Positions 1 through 12,093 of a stretch of DNA of 64,000 nucleotides are shown piece after piece; the first letter of the stretch is position 1; each line of letters begins with the position of its first letter. The DNA comes from Balamuthia mandrillaris. Taxonomy: Eukaryota. Position numbers and translations under genes: made by a program. The notes under the pieces were generated by a model. It saw only the letters and a list, made by a program, of their open reading frames with translations. It made no database searches and was not told where the DNA came from. The stretch lies in assembly GCA_031835245.2 (NCBI GenBank), contig JAVKOQ020000113.1, positions 62,001 to 126,000 of the forward strand, read 5' to 3'.

Positions 1-2420
1 GGGGTGATGACAGTAGTTGTTGAGTCTTTGTAAATTCCTCTATAGACATCACCTGCTGGATCCTCCAGACCATACAGTTGAAGGGTTTTGAAGATAGCTT
101 TTTGAGTCAAAGGCTTTTTGTATATCTACATATTGAGTATGCAATGGGTGATTGTGAGAGGCTGCATCCTCTATGATGCATCTCAGGGCTGTGATGTTGG
201 AGTGGGTAGAGTGGTTTTTCCTAAAGCCGGATTGATAGGTAGAGAGGATATTTGCCTTGTGGAGGGCTTCTTCTAAGCGTTGTTGGATGAGTTTGGTGTA
301 TACCTTGTAGATAATAGTACATAAGGCAATTGGTCTGTAGTTCATTGAAAGATCGGGGTTCCTTTAAAGATTAGGAATATTTTTGTAGTGTTCCACTCCT
401 GTGGAAGTTCTTTCTTCTTGTGTACTTCATTGAGGGAGTCAAGGAAAGAGGAGAGGTTATAGTCATCTGTGAGTTTGAGTAGCTCTGCTATGACGTTATC
501 ACTACCTAGGGCAGAGTCATTCTTGAGTGTTTTTATACACATTTTTAGTTCCTGCATAGAGAATAGAGCTATTATTTGGTTTGTTGCTTCTGGGTGCATT
601 TTCTTTTGGAGAGATTGCCAGTAGCAGTTGTTATCAATATCAGGTGGGAGGGGACGTTCTTTGTACATGTTTTCCTAGAAGCGGCCTACATTTTTAGTGA
701 TTTTTTCTGGGGTCACAGATGTTTTTGTAGTATTATCTTTTGCTAAGTAAGTGACACGATTTTGTTGACCTTCTTCCTTAAGTGAGGAGAGGTTCTTGAA
801 TTTTTTGAAAAAGAGTTTTGAGGCTTTGTTGCTTGCTTTTATTATGTGTTGGACATTTAGCTGTGTGATTTTTCCTTTTCTTTTGCTTCATGAGTTTTCT
901 GTATTCACTATTTAGTCTTTTGAGTTTTGAAAGGGCTTCTGTTATCCAGTTAGGGTCATCTAGATGGAGGGGCATTATTGCTCTATTTCTCTTGTAGTCT
1001 TTTTTCCTCCATTCCTTTTCTCCACAGAAGCTCTTGATGAGTTTGTGGAGGCGATTCTTTTGTTGAATTGTTTTTCCTAACTCTGGAATTGAGAGTGGGT
1101 GTTTTATTTGTTTGGGAGGTGGAAGGGCCTTTTTGGCAGCATTAACATATTTAAGCATAATATTATGAGGGTTTGTTGGAGTTATATCAAGTTCTATTCC
1201 AAGTAGTGTGTTAAAGTATTCTGTGTCTTCTGTGGAGGGTTTTCTTTGATAAGGAGGCGTTTCTTTGGGATGATTGGCTTAGTACATTGAAGGTTTATTG
1301 TGGCAGTGATAGGTTTATGGTCTGTTGAAATGTTTGTTTTACCATGTTTAGTGAAAATGAGTTTTTCAATTCTTTCTGTAAGAAAGTAGTCTATGCGAGT
1401 CCTTTGTGTGTATTTTCTGGTAGAGATGTATTGTTCACGGGTAGGTGTTCTAAGGTTGTCATTGAAATGTAAAAATGCGTCCTGTAGGTTATGGCGTTCT
1501 TTAAACTGGGAAAAGTTTTTATTAGGTTTGCCATTTCCATTGGAGTTATCATGAGGGAAATCATATGCATTGAGGTCTCCACATACTGTTATTGGATTTT
1601 TGTTTTCAAGACTGGTAAGGTAATTGTTGATGTCTCCATTCCAAAATAGTTTATTTTCTGTTCTGTTTGCTGGAGCATATATGTTGACCAAGATTAGCTT
1701 TTCAAGTTCTGAGTTACTTAGCTTTTTTGCTATCACCCTGTCTTTAATGTTGTCTGGTGGGGGTTGTAAGGGTTGGATCTATCCTGCTAGATAGGATGGA
1801 AAGATGAAAGCAACTCCTCTGTGGTTGTTTTTGTCTGTTGGAGTACTAGAGGTTATTGTAGTAAGGTTTTTTGGGACAGACCTAGTCCATTTTTGTGTTT
1901 AAGTTGCACATTCCTGTAGACAAAGGATATCAATACTATGTTTTTTTTGCATTTTTAAGAGTTCAGGGAGTTTATTGGAGATTCCTCCTCTAATATTGAG
2001 GGAGGTTATTTTGTTTGTCATGGAGAGAGGAGAAGAGGGAGAAGGAGTTAATGAGTTACTATTTGTCTCTATAGCTTTTAGGTCTGTCCTTTTTGAGTGA
2101 AATAAAGGCTGGTCTTTTCCTCTCTGGGTAGCTAAAGGAGACTAATATTGCAGAGGCCAGTGCTCGGGATTCAAAGGTAACATAGCCAAAGTCTCTACTC
2201 TGTTTTCTGGATCTCTTTTAATTTCCACCTGTGCAAAGTTGAGTCCTTTTGCTGTCATTTGCTCACTAAGGGTCTTTTTGTTCATGTATGGGAGAAGGAA
2301 GCCTATCCAACTGACCGTTTGTTGAGAAAGTACAACATGGAAGGACAGTGGAGAAAGATCTTCGGAATGGCTCAGTATCGACATAAAAGATCGATGATAG
2401 CTGACATCAGATTGTCGACA
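1..2420 (-). mobile_element. Decayed non-LTR retrotransposon (L1/Tx1-like, APE endonuclease + RT), runs off the left window edge
   Basis: ORF2 starts near 2021 (MTNKITSLNIRG). APE motifs LVNIYAP, CGDLN, RIDYFL, TDHKPI in 1194-1736. RT motifs NYRPIAL, QSGFR, VDIQKAFD in 49-345. Broken by stops and frameshifts; 5' limit uncertain. Confidence 0.88.
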
Positions 2421-4722
2421 AAAAAGAGAAAAGAATGAAGAAAGGAATGAAGAAAGAGTTGGTTATGTTGGAGTAAACGAATATAGAGATCATGGGCAGC
2501 AAGTTGGAAGTATGGAAGTTCTTCTACATTCCATCAACACCTTTCACTTGTGATAGTTAACAATTAGGAAGGCATCGAGGATGAGGGAATAAGAGAAGTA
2601 AATGTACACTGAGTATGTATAGTGCTTACTTTTTATGTAGTGTTTAGTGTTGCTCCTTGAGCAAATGAACTTTTTATTGTAATAAGGTTGATAGGGAACA
2701 ACCTAATAGACATTAACTTGATAGGTGTAAGGAAAAGACCTTTAATAGAGTGAAAGAAAGAAGTATATATACAAGGAGAGATAGGAATAGGTATTCTGGG
2801 AGAGTGGTATAACATTATTATTATTACTACCTTAGACAATAGAATATCTTTTGCTCAAGTATATTTAGAATTAAATAGATTGAAAAACAAAATCTGTACC
2901 AACAATCAGTTATTTATTACTTTATCAAATGTTCTTAGGTTCTAAGCTAAAGAAAGCTCCAGGGAAAGCAGGAAAAAGATCTTTAGAATGGCTTAGTGTC
3001 AATAAAAGATCAATGATGGCTAATGTTAAGTTCTCATAATTTCCAATGCTTTTGCCCTTCATCAAAAAGCTCCTTTGTAGCTTTTTTTGCTCTATTTCTT
3101 TATTTATTAATTTGCAAAAAATAGTACTAAGAAAAGAGGCAAGAGAGTGATTGTTTCTAATGCATTAAATTGGCTCAAAAAGAAAGAAACAACAAGAAAC
3201 AACATAAAAGAAAAAAATGACAAGAAAGAAAGAAACCTTATCTTATCAGGTTATGGCAGTTTGTACTACAAAGTTACTATCATCAAGTGAAAAGAAATGC
3301 TAGACAAAGTACAAAAAAAATAGAACTATGCAAGTGATGTTATGCATCTAATTGGATTGAACTTTCTATTACTCTTGAATATCAAGTATATCACTTGGTG
3401 ACAATTAATTCTGTGGTTGTAGCTCTTCTCACTGAGCAAGTGAGAATATTGTGGCTAGTTTTATCACATTTGCAACTTTATGTTTGCCACCTCATTCTCC
3501 TCCTTTTCCACCACTGTTATTGCCACTGTGCCTGTGAGTAAGAGCCCAAGCTTTGGTGGTTGACTTATGGATTTGCAAGGAAGGAACATAGCAATGGAAA
3601 TAGGTGTTAAAAAAACTCCAAAGTAATCACCTTCACCTGGGACACTTATAAGCTTTCTCATCAAAACAAAAACAGTGAGAAGGATATAGTCTGTGGCATG
3701 GATATTCAGCCCGTGGCACCTGTAGTTAGGATGTTCAGCCTGCTGGAAGGATATTGGCCTGGTAAAGATATGGCGTGTGAGAGAGATATTCAGCCTGCAA
3801 TAGAGAGTTTCGGCCTGTGACACAGATGTGTGGGGATAGGGCCTGCTGCATGGCTCTTCAGCCTGCAGCACAGATATAAGGCCTGTTGTATGGCTATTTG
3901 GCGCAAGAGGATATCAAGGGACAGCATCCTGTTAAGGAAGATTGACAGCATCCTGGGATTGGGTATCATTGAGGGGCAGTGTCTTGTCTTTGAGGAGGAG
4001 GAGCATCGTCCTGTGGAACTTGGTGAGGAGGAGTGGTAGCATCCTTGTTGAGGACAGCATGATGCTTAGGAGCATTCCATGGGAGGAGTATCATCCTGGC
4101 AACAAAGGGCGGCCTGTAAAAGAGGAGTGGTGGTGCTAGCACCCCTTTGAGAAAGAGGAGCAGCGTGATGTCCAAGAAGAGGAACATCCTGCCAGGGGCC
4201 GCCTCCTGTTGTGCACAGTTGTTTGAGAAGAAAGAATACATTGGTTGGCTCTTAACTTCAACTCCACTCAAGAAGGGAAAAGCACCAAGAAGAAGAAGTT
4301 TTTTGGACCACTAAAAGTGAAGGAAAGTGACTGGCCAAAATCACAGAAAGGACATACATCATCTCTAAGCACACAAATCCCAACCCCACTACTGCACTAT
4401 GGTAGCGAGCAGAGCTTGTGGGTTGTTTTTTTCAGGAGGCATTGAGGTTAGCATCCAAAAAAAAAAATCAAGCCATCCTTTCCACGTTGAGTGCCTTTCC
4501 TGATTTCAACACAAAAGAGGGGTCAACATTCTGGTATCTCAACCAAAGGAAACAAATAGGTCTTTTTTGTGCCCGTAGTAACACACAACAAAAGGACTTG
4601 GCGTGTGACTTTATAGAGTGGCCCACACCACCAGAGCAAAAATCTTGGAAACTTGAGTCACTAAAATAAAGCAAAATTAGTAAAAGGAAAACAAAAAAAC
4701 AGACACAAAAAATAACCCACCT

Positions 4723-4840
4723 CCGGCGTGCCTAATCACGGCTTATCTTACGACTCGCTATAAGCAACGGTGCCGGCACCAAAGCAACCTTACCGCCTAC
4801 CGCCCCCTCACAGAGGAGGAGGAGGAGGTGGTAAGTGCTT
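4723..4840 (-). ncRNA. Putative omega-RNA scaffold of Fanzor copy 1
   Basis: Same hairpins as 48876-48993; overlaps the ORF 3' end as in TnpB/Fanzor loci. Confidence 0.6.
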
Positions 4841-6548
4841 GTAAAGTGAAAAAGCGGATCAAGATGTTTCGGGCGGCGTTGGCATCTCGATCCGCCTGGT
4901 AGCCACACTCGGGTTGAGGGCACCGAAAGGTCTTGTTTCCCCCCAACTGGTGGTGGACTTGGCCGCACTTGCCGCAGGTCTTGGAGGTGTATTCCTCATC
5001 GCAGAGGCAGACCGTACAGGACGGAAATTGCTGGGCCTTGTTGAGGAGCCTCTGCCTGAAGCGATAGTGGGACCAGGTGAGCATGGCTCTGGCCGTTCGC
5101 GAGCCAATGCGGCGGTGGCCTCGCCGCACCATCTGCTGGCTCCTGAACTCTGGCAGAAGGATGAGGGAGAAGTTCCTGACCAACCAAGACACGAGCTTCT
5201 TGTGGAGGTCATCCACCAGGTTGCGGATCCTCTGGCGAAGCCGAGCAGCGGCCCTTCGGAGACGGCGCCGTTGTCTGTGGTTGACCTTGGTGCCCTTACT
5301 CTGCATGCGGTCCAGGCGGTGGCACAGCTTGCCTATCTCGTTGATGTCCGCTTTGCCCCACTCGGTGACCTCCCCGCAGCCGTTGTAGGTGGTCATGAAT
5401 GTGCGCACTCCTGGATCCAAGGCGATGATGCCTGCCTCTCTCCTTCGGTGCTCACGGGCTTGGCTCTCGCCCATGAGCTTCAAAGGCTGAGGCACGCAGA
5501 GGTAGTAATGGCCCAGTCGAGTGTCCTTCACCAGACGAACGGCATAGAGCACCTCTGACGGAACTTTGTAGTTCTTGTCCCTCGCTTTGATTCGCGCCTC
5601 CCCGAAGAAGAGTTGGCGGATAGAGCTGTTGTGGTTCCACTCCCTGGCTTGGATGCTGAGAGACTGGCTCTTGTCCTTCCTACCACGGAACTTCATCTGG
5701 AATCCAGTCGTGCCTCTGCCCGCCGCCAAGCTGCTTTTCACGCCGTTGAAGAAATCATCGACAGCGTCACTCCGAATGAATCGAGGAGTTTCCAACACCC
5801 ACGCAAGGCTCTTGTCCTCTCCCTTGAAATTGCTGTTATTTAGGAATTTCTTCCTGACTTGTTCCTTCATCTCATCACGAGGCATTCCTTGATGTTCACG
5901 ATGGAACTCCACGGCCTTGTTGTAGGTCCATCGTACTGTGCCGAACCACTTGGCCAACGTCTTCTTTTGTTCCGGGCGCGGATAAAGGCGGATCTTCTCC
6001 ACTCGCCCCACTACCGGTTTCTCCTCTCCGTTCTTGCCTTTTTTGGTAAGCTGTACGGCTGGGCGAGACGGAACGAGTCCCTCGATGAGGCCTAACAAGC
6101 CTTTCTGGTTTTTCTCCTCTTCTTCCTTCTCCTTCTCCTTCTCCTTCTCCTTCTCCTCTTCCTCTTCCTCCTTCTTCTCCTTCTCCTTCTTCTCCTCCTC
6201 CTCCTCCAACACCTTTTCTCCGTTAGGAATGTGCTTGCAGGCGGTGAACCATCCTGAACCACAGGCAAAGGGTTCTTCCAAGCACAAGGCTTCCGGGCGT
6301 ATTAATCTTCTCCCGATTAAGCTGGAAAACTGGTTCCAAAAGGGCTGGGCGGGTGCAGCCTGCGGCCTTCCACGCTTCTGTGCCCTTGCCTGAGGTGCCG
6401 CTGGGGCGTTTTCCGCTCTTCTTTTCCGAGTAGCAGTGGAAGTAGCAGAAGTAGTGGCGCGACCCCCTTCCTTGTGGACCCGACCGAAGTGGATGGCCAA
6501 CCCGTGAGAGGTAGCAAACTTTTTTCCGCACTGTGGGCAACTTGCCAT
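4797..6548 (-). CDS. Fanzor2 / TnpB-family RNA-guided endonuclease, 583 aa, intronless
   Basis: TnpB-type N-terminal KIRLYP..WFGTVRWTYN; RuvC-I ALDPGVRTF; RuvC-II LLPEF; MLTWSHYRFRQRL; Zn ribbon CGKC..CPQPEC; RuvC-III DRDANAARNI. Confidence 0.95.
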   Translation of the reverse strand: MASCPQCGKKFATSHGLAIHFGRVHKEGGRATTSATSTATRKRRAENAPAAPQARAQKRGRPQAAPAQPFWNQFSSLIGRRLIRPEALCLEEPFACGSGWFTACKHIPNGEKVLEEEEEKKEKEKKEEEEEEKEKEKEKEKEEEEKNQKGLLGLIEGLVPSRPAVQLTKKGKNGEEKPVVGRVEKIRLYPRPEQKKTLAKWFGTVRWTYNKAVEFHREHQGMPRDEMKEQVRKKFLNNSNFKGEDKSLAWVLETPRFIRSDAVDDFFNGVKSSLAAGRGTTGFQMKFRGRKDKSQSLSIQAREWNHNSSIRQLFFGEARIKARDKNYKVPSEVLYAVRLVKDTRLGHYYLCVPQPLKLMGESQAREHRRREAGIIALDPGVRTFMTTYNGCGEVTEWGKADINEIGKLCHRLDRMQSKGTKVNHRQRRRLRRAAARLRQRIRNLVDDLHKKLVSWLVRNFSLILLPEFRSQQMVRRGHRRIGSRTARAMLTWSHYRFRQRLLNKAQQFPSCTVCLCDEEYTSKTCGKCGQVHHQLGGNKTFRCPQPECGYQADRDANAARNILIRFFTLQALTTSSSSSVRGR

Positions 6549-7289
6549 TCAGGCCAGCTTCCAGCAGCGTTGTGGAAGAGGCGCACAGAGGTTCGTGATG
6601 CTGTTCTTTTTTAAACAAAAGAAATCATTAGTGAGTGGTTGGTAACAATTTTTTTTTCCATCATCAAAAAATGTAGTGAGCGAGCAGAGAAAAAAGAACG
6701 CTACCTTTTCAATCGGAGCAGTGCCCCTGCCTGCGGCTGAACCGCTTCGGTTTCCACCTCTGCCTCCTTCGGCTGGTTTCCTCCTTGTGTAGTAGAAGCG
6801 TAGCAATGAGAAATACGGTGGTGCGTGGAGCTTCGTGGATGTGTGTGTCTGTGTGTTTACTTTTGAAAAGAAAGAAATGAAAAGAAAAGAAGAAAAGAAA
6901 AGAAAAGAAGAGAAGAAAAGAAAACGAGTAGCAGAAAAGTGTCAAGGCGAATGACGAGTACCAAAAGTTTATTGGCGGCAGCAGCAGCATGAGCATCCAT
7001 TCCGTACACCCCAACCCACCACTTTGCCTTCAAAGGCGTGGGAGAAGGAAGGGTTGTTTTGGCGGGAAACATGCTCATTGGCCCAAAAGACTAATGTCGT
7101 GATTTCTTTTTTCGTTGTCCTTAGATCTTATGATCTTTGCGCCGCCTTATCATTGATATATGCACTGGGACTTTATCCAGGCTTTCCATTATACCTACGA
7201 GGTTGAGGGTCCAAGCTTGGCAATAATAGTTTTGGGTTTGCGACGCCAAAGAAAGAGAGAGAGCAAGAGAGCAAGAGAGCAAGAGGAAG

Positions 7290-9884
7290 ATGGCGGACCC
7301 TTTGACCCTCCTTAGAGAATTTACCATTGCCAAAAAGCCTGTTATCCTCTCCGGGGATGACCTGGTGTTCGATGGGGTGCGATTTCCTCGCTCGGTGGAC
7401 ACGAATTTCAACTCTCTGCGAGGGCGAGGACCACCCTATCCTTTGGATGCCTGTTGGTTCATGCTACTCAACCAGGACAAGAAACACGCTGACTACTTGA
7501 TGGAAGCCAACAAGCGTAAGTTCAGCAAGATCTCGCTGGTTGATAAAAAGGACCTGGTGGACTACTTGACGGGTCGCATCCAAACTTGCCCCTCCATCAA
7601 CACAGACCTTGCTTTTGGGCCAGCTGCAGTGGCGGCACCTTCCTCTGCCTCTGATGAGGCTGCTTCCAGCTCTTCTTTTTCAACGGCTAAAGGGGAACTG
7701 AAGAGAGACGCTTCGGTCCTCCTCCCCTCCACGGACGCTCCTCACGGCGCCCTCACTGCAAACAAAGCGGCAAAAAGAATGAAACTGGAGGTTCTGCCTC
7801 CTCAAGACCTTCAACTAGATGAAGAACTTCAAAGGTCCAAGCGTTTGGTGGCTCAACATCTGGAGCAGCCTAAAGTTAGGGCCAGTGCTATTTCTGCCAT
7901 TTCTGAACCTTCTCCGTACGACCTCACTGTCTTGCTCTTGCTCTTGCTCTTGCTCTTGCTCTTGCTCTTGCTCTTGCTCTTGCTCTTCTCGCTCTTGCTC
8001 TTGCTCTTGCTCTTGCTCTTGCTTGCTCTCTCGCTCTCTCTTGCTCTTGCTCTTGTCTTGCTCTTGCTCTTGCTCTTGCTCTTGCTCTTGCTCTTGCTCT
8101 TGCTCTTGCTCTTGCTCTTGCTCCACATCCTTCCTTCCAATGACAGGCACTGTTTTGGAGGTTCTGCTTATTGATGGTTCGTTCGTGCGCATTTTAACAT
8201 GATAAAACAGGGAACTGTTAGGGTCCGGCATGACTACCGACAAGCTTATGGAAATCAAGACCAAGCTGCTCAAAAACAGGCGCACAAAAATAGAAGGCGA
8301 TGAAGAGGACATTGAGGAAAAAATTAAACAGGTTCCTCTCCCTCTCCTTCCCACTCTTCTTCGTGTTCACTCTCATGCCTATCTTCTCCATTTTCCTTTG
8401 CAGGACAAACCAAGTTATGTGGAAGCAGATGCTTCTGTTACCCAGTCAATTGTGAACAGGGAGCGGATCATTCGCAATCGTTCCACTATTCTGCAGAGTG
8501 ACACCAAAGTTTGTATTGCTGCTTTTCTTATCACCGCTCGGCCACAAGCTAACAGCCATATCCTTGTTTAGCGTTTTACAGATCTTATTCAGTTCGCGAC
8601 CGAGTTTTTCCAGAAAGAACGAGAACGCAAGAAGGCAAAACAACACAGAAAGGTACAACAGATTAAGACCTCCACTCATGACCGCTACAATATCAACGAG
8701 TCACAGTTTTGGAAGGCTAAGCTTGGGCCTGAAAATGGTCCGTAGTCACTCAGCACAAACACTCCCTATTACTGATGCTCACACATTTTATTGCCTTATT
8801 TAGCAGCGGATTGGAACATCAACACAACTGGAAGCTTTGCAGGTCCTACAGGTGGACTTTCGATGGAAGCTCTTCGCCTTAAAGGAGCAGAGGAAATAGA
8901 AAAGGGTAAAGAAGCAGAGGGAAGCAAAGAAAAAGCAATCGAGCAAGAGAAACATAAAGGGATCGCTAAACCTGCGGAACACGAGCGTAGAGGAAAGCTA
9001 GTCGCTGCTCAAGATCAAGAAAGGGCTTCCGTGCCAAGCGGTACTGAAAGCGGGCTTACTACACACTCTACATCTACGTCCCACAAACGTGAGTATCAAG
9101 AATTTGGTCTCACAGACCGTCTGACATTACTAACCTTATTTTTTTAACACCAAAAGGAGCACCCATCATCATCATACCCTCTGCCCTTACTTCTCTCTTG
9201 ACTGTGTACAATGTGCGTGAGTTTTTGGAACAAGGTGTTTTCGTGCCCTCTGTGGATAAGAAGCAGCAAGGAGAATCTCGTGAATGCCCCAAGATTGTGC
9301 ACAGGCCAAAATCAGCAACAAGATACGACCTGCCAACAGTGTTTCACGTCACAGATAATCCCTCCAAGCTCTCCACCAGTGACTGGTACAATTTCCCAAC
9401 TTCTTTCTTTATTTATTTATTTATTTATCATGTCCTTGAATTTAACGGGATGTGCCCTTATAGGAATAGAGTAGTTGCTGTGTTTGCGCTTGGCCCTGCC
9501 TGGCAGTTCAAAAGCTGGAAGTGGTCGGATCCTGTGGAATTGTTTGCAAATGGTATTCTTGTAGCGCCCCTGTTCTTTCATTTCCTCCTCCCCGGATGGA
9601 CTACTCACATGCTGCTGCTTTACACTATGATTCCTCCTCGCAGTGCGTGGCTTTTACCTGGGCTTTGAGGATAGCCAAGTGCCTCCCAGTGTTAAGTCTT
9701 GGAATGTAAAAATCCTGAAAGTCTGTATTGTGTTTCCTATTGTCTCTCCTCCATGGCTGACCTCGCTTTTATTTGGCAGATATCCAAGCACAAAAGGCAC
9801 CTTGACAGCACTGCCTATCTATCCTTTTGGAACGAGCTTGAGACTTGGCTGCAAAGCAAAAAGGCCCGACAATTGTCCCATTAA
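7290..9884 (+). CDS. CDC73: Parafibromin / Paf1 complex subunit Cdc73 (multi-exon)
   Basis: N-terminus MADPLTLLREF; C-terminal Ras-like domain PIIIIPSA..TVYNVREFLE, RVVAVFALGPAWQFKSWKW, ISKHKRHLD. Confidence 0.93.
7930..8121. repeat. (CTCTTG)n microsatellite in a CDC73 intron
   Basis: About 30 hexamer units, read directly. Confidence 0.95.
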
Positions 9885-10068
9885 CTTTTCACCTTCTTAT
9901 GCAGAGAGGGAGAGAGAGAGTGAGAGAGAACGAATCTGGGAGGAATGTTCTAAACTCCGTGCATATTCAAATTTTTATTAAAAATTATAATAATACTAAT
10001 AAATAAAAATAAATAATCAACAAAGATCGCAGAGACAAAGGGGGAAAATGTTGTTATCTTGGTTTTGT

Positions 10069-11445
10069 CTACTCCTGCGGGCTTTCACTAGAAGTGCCGC
10101 TACTGTGGGTGGAGAAGGGAAAGGAGGAAGAGAAAGAGGGAGAGAAGCCTGATGGTGCACCATCACCAGTAGTAGAGGAGGTGTTGTACTCTAAAAATCC
10201 AAGGTCCGAAGCCACAAAGTCTTTGTAGAAGGCATCAATCCGCTGTAATTCCAGTCGATGGGGACAGTAGGAGCAAGAGCATCCACCGTCATTCCCACTG
10301 CTACCGGCAAGCAAACTTCCTTCTTTGCTGTGCTTGAGAGAGCGCTTAGCTCCACCGCAGCCACTTGTATGGTGAGACTTGGGGGTAGAGCAGAGGCCCC
10401 GGAAGAGCTCGGACAGTTGCTCCGTCTCCTTGGCGGAGCATGTTTTAGCAACCCGGTGTATCTTGGCGGGCTTGTCTTCGGGGTGTAAGCTTTGAAAGGC
10501 GGAGAGGAATTGGACAAAGGCAGAAAGGAATTGATCTTGCGGGGTGGGGCTGCTCCTTGCGGGGGGCCGCCGTTGAGTTGCTGTTGTGTCCAAACTCGAA
10601 CGGGCCGTTGTGGAGGAGGACGAAGAGGAGGATTGTATGAGCTCCATAGAAACGGGGCACTTGGCGAAAACTTTTTGTCGTTTGAGGGGGCGGTCCAAGG
10701 GAAGGCTTGGGATCTGTGCGGCAGCCAAGTCTCGTCGAGCAAGCAGGGCCTCTATTTGTTGGTGTTGTGCCTTCTGTTGGGCTTCAATTCTCTGTGCCGT
10801 TTCGACAAGGAGGTCGTTTAGGCTGCGCTTCTTCACGGGTTTTCGTTTTTTGAGCTGTTTGGGCTTGGAAATGACCTTAATGGGTTCGGAGAGAACCTCG
10901 AGCGGAGGAAGAAGAGGTCGCTTAGTCTTCGGATCTAGGACCCGCATGCGCACGCGGAAGAACATATCCTCGTGCTGACTGGTGAGCACTTTGATCTTGG
11001 TGTTCAACCAGAGCTGGTTGCCCTGCTCGTTGACAGTGGGCTTGCAGTCCACAGGCTTGGTCTTGATAAAACTTACTGGCTTGAACGTGTCGTTGTCATA
11101 GAGGAGAGTCACGTCCAAGGGAAGGTGGTGGAAGTCAAGGTACTGCCCGTTTACGGCCAGAGGGCTCGTCAGACCCAACTGCAGCACGAAAGGAGTGTTC
11201 TTGACGACCACATAGACGTTCTTGAGGAGACCGTTCTTTGAGATTTGCTCTTGGCTCTGCGAGGTTTGCCGTAGGAGGTTGAGCTGCAACGCAGCAGAGG
11301 CTGCGCCAGTTGTTGAGTGGCTGTGTAGGGGAGAGGAGGAGGTCTCCGCTGCCGTGGGAAGCACTGGGGAGAGCGGGAAAAATGTGCTCAGCTGTGCCAG
11401 GGGCATTTGTGTGGCGGTCATGCCAGCTGCTGCTAAGGGGTCCAT
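10069..11445 (-). CDS. CudA-family-like transcription factor, intronless
   Basis: Core KNVYVVVKNTPF..KIKVLTSQHEDMFFRVR..SEPIKVISKP followed by a basic stretch and coiled coil. Family recognised from memory. Confidence 0.6.
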   Translation of the reverse strand: MDPLAAAGMTATQMPLAQLSTFFPLSPVLPTAAETSSSPLHSHSTTGAASAALQLNLLRQTSQSQEQISKNGLLKNVYVVVKNTPFVLQLGLTSPLAVNGQYLDFHHLPLDVTLLYDNDTFKPVSFIKTKPVDCKPTVNEQGNQLWLNTKIKVLTSQHEDMFFRVRMRVLDPKTKRPLLPPLEVLSEPIKVISKPKQLKKRKPVKKRSLNDLLVETAQRIEAQQKAQHQQIEALLARRDLAAAQIPSLPLDRPLKRQKVFAKCPVSMELIQSSSSSSSTTARSSLDTTATQRRPPARSSPTPQDQFLSAFVQFLSAFQSLHPEDKPAKIHRVAKTCSAKETEQLSELFRGLCSTPKSHHTSGCGGAKRSLKHSKEGSLLAGSSGNDGGCSCSYCPHRLELQRIDAFYKDFVASDLGFLEYNTSSTTGDGAPSGFSPSFSSSFPFSTHSSGTSSESPQE

Positions 11446-12093
11446 GGTCTTAGTTGGGGCGTGTTAACTTGCTCGAGTCAAGGAGGGAAACCAGGAAGGA
11501 AGCGAAAATGCAAGGAAAGACCTCCCTGCTGCTGTTGCCGTGCCTGTTGTGAGGGGGAAATTTTGAGTGGTTGGTTTTTTGTGGCCCACCACCCAACGAA
11601 AAGAAAGAAAGAAAGAGAAAGAAAGGACACACTTGACACACAATAGAGCAGGCGAAACACCCTCCACAGAACCAATGGGGGGAATCTACGGGGAATTAAA
11701 AAGTGGAAAACGCTTGCGGCTTTTCTAAGTCGACAAAAATTTATCGCTTCGCGAGATGTTTTCCTTTCGTGCTGCCTCTGACGTCATATGCCGATCGCGA
11801 AAATTCGGGCATTTGCGAGAAGAGGAAAAGGAAAAGTAAGGGGCAGGCAGGCAGGCAGGCAGAGGGGGGCGGTTGACCGAAAACAGGCACGTGGTCTCCA
11901 TAGGCACAGAGGAAAAGGAGGAGGAAGAAGTTGCCAACAACAACTCTGCCCCCCTGTCAGCAAGCCCCTTGCCCTGCTATTTGCCCTATTCCCTCTTTTA
12001 TTATTTCCTCACCTTCGAAGAAGAAGTAGAAAAGCATTAAGAGAGAGAAAGAAGAACAAGAGGAGAAGGAGCAGCAGCAAAACAAAAAGATAA

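Larger units (their letters stand above)
4663..7149 (-). mobile_element. Fanzor2-carrying TIR element, copy 1 (right TIR truncated)
   Basis: Near-identical to 46596-49054 in inverted orientation. TIR tgatctttgcgccgcctta at 7131-7149. Homology stops at 4663, about 39 bp short of the other end. Confidence 0.92.

Noticed and set aside
3700..4200. CRISPR-like array
   Set aside because: Units are short, degenerate and irregularly spaced, in a eukaryotic context.
7150..7240. ncRNA (RNase MRP-like aaagtccc) in the copy 1 flank
   Set aside because: Only short hairpins and one partial motif; insufficient support.
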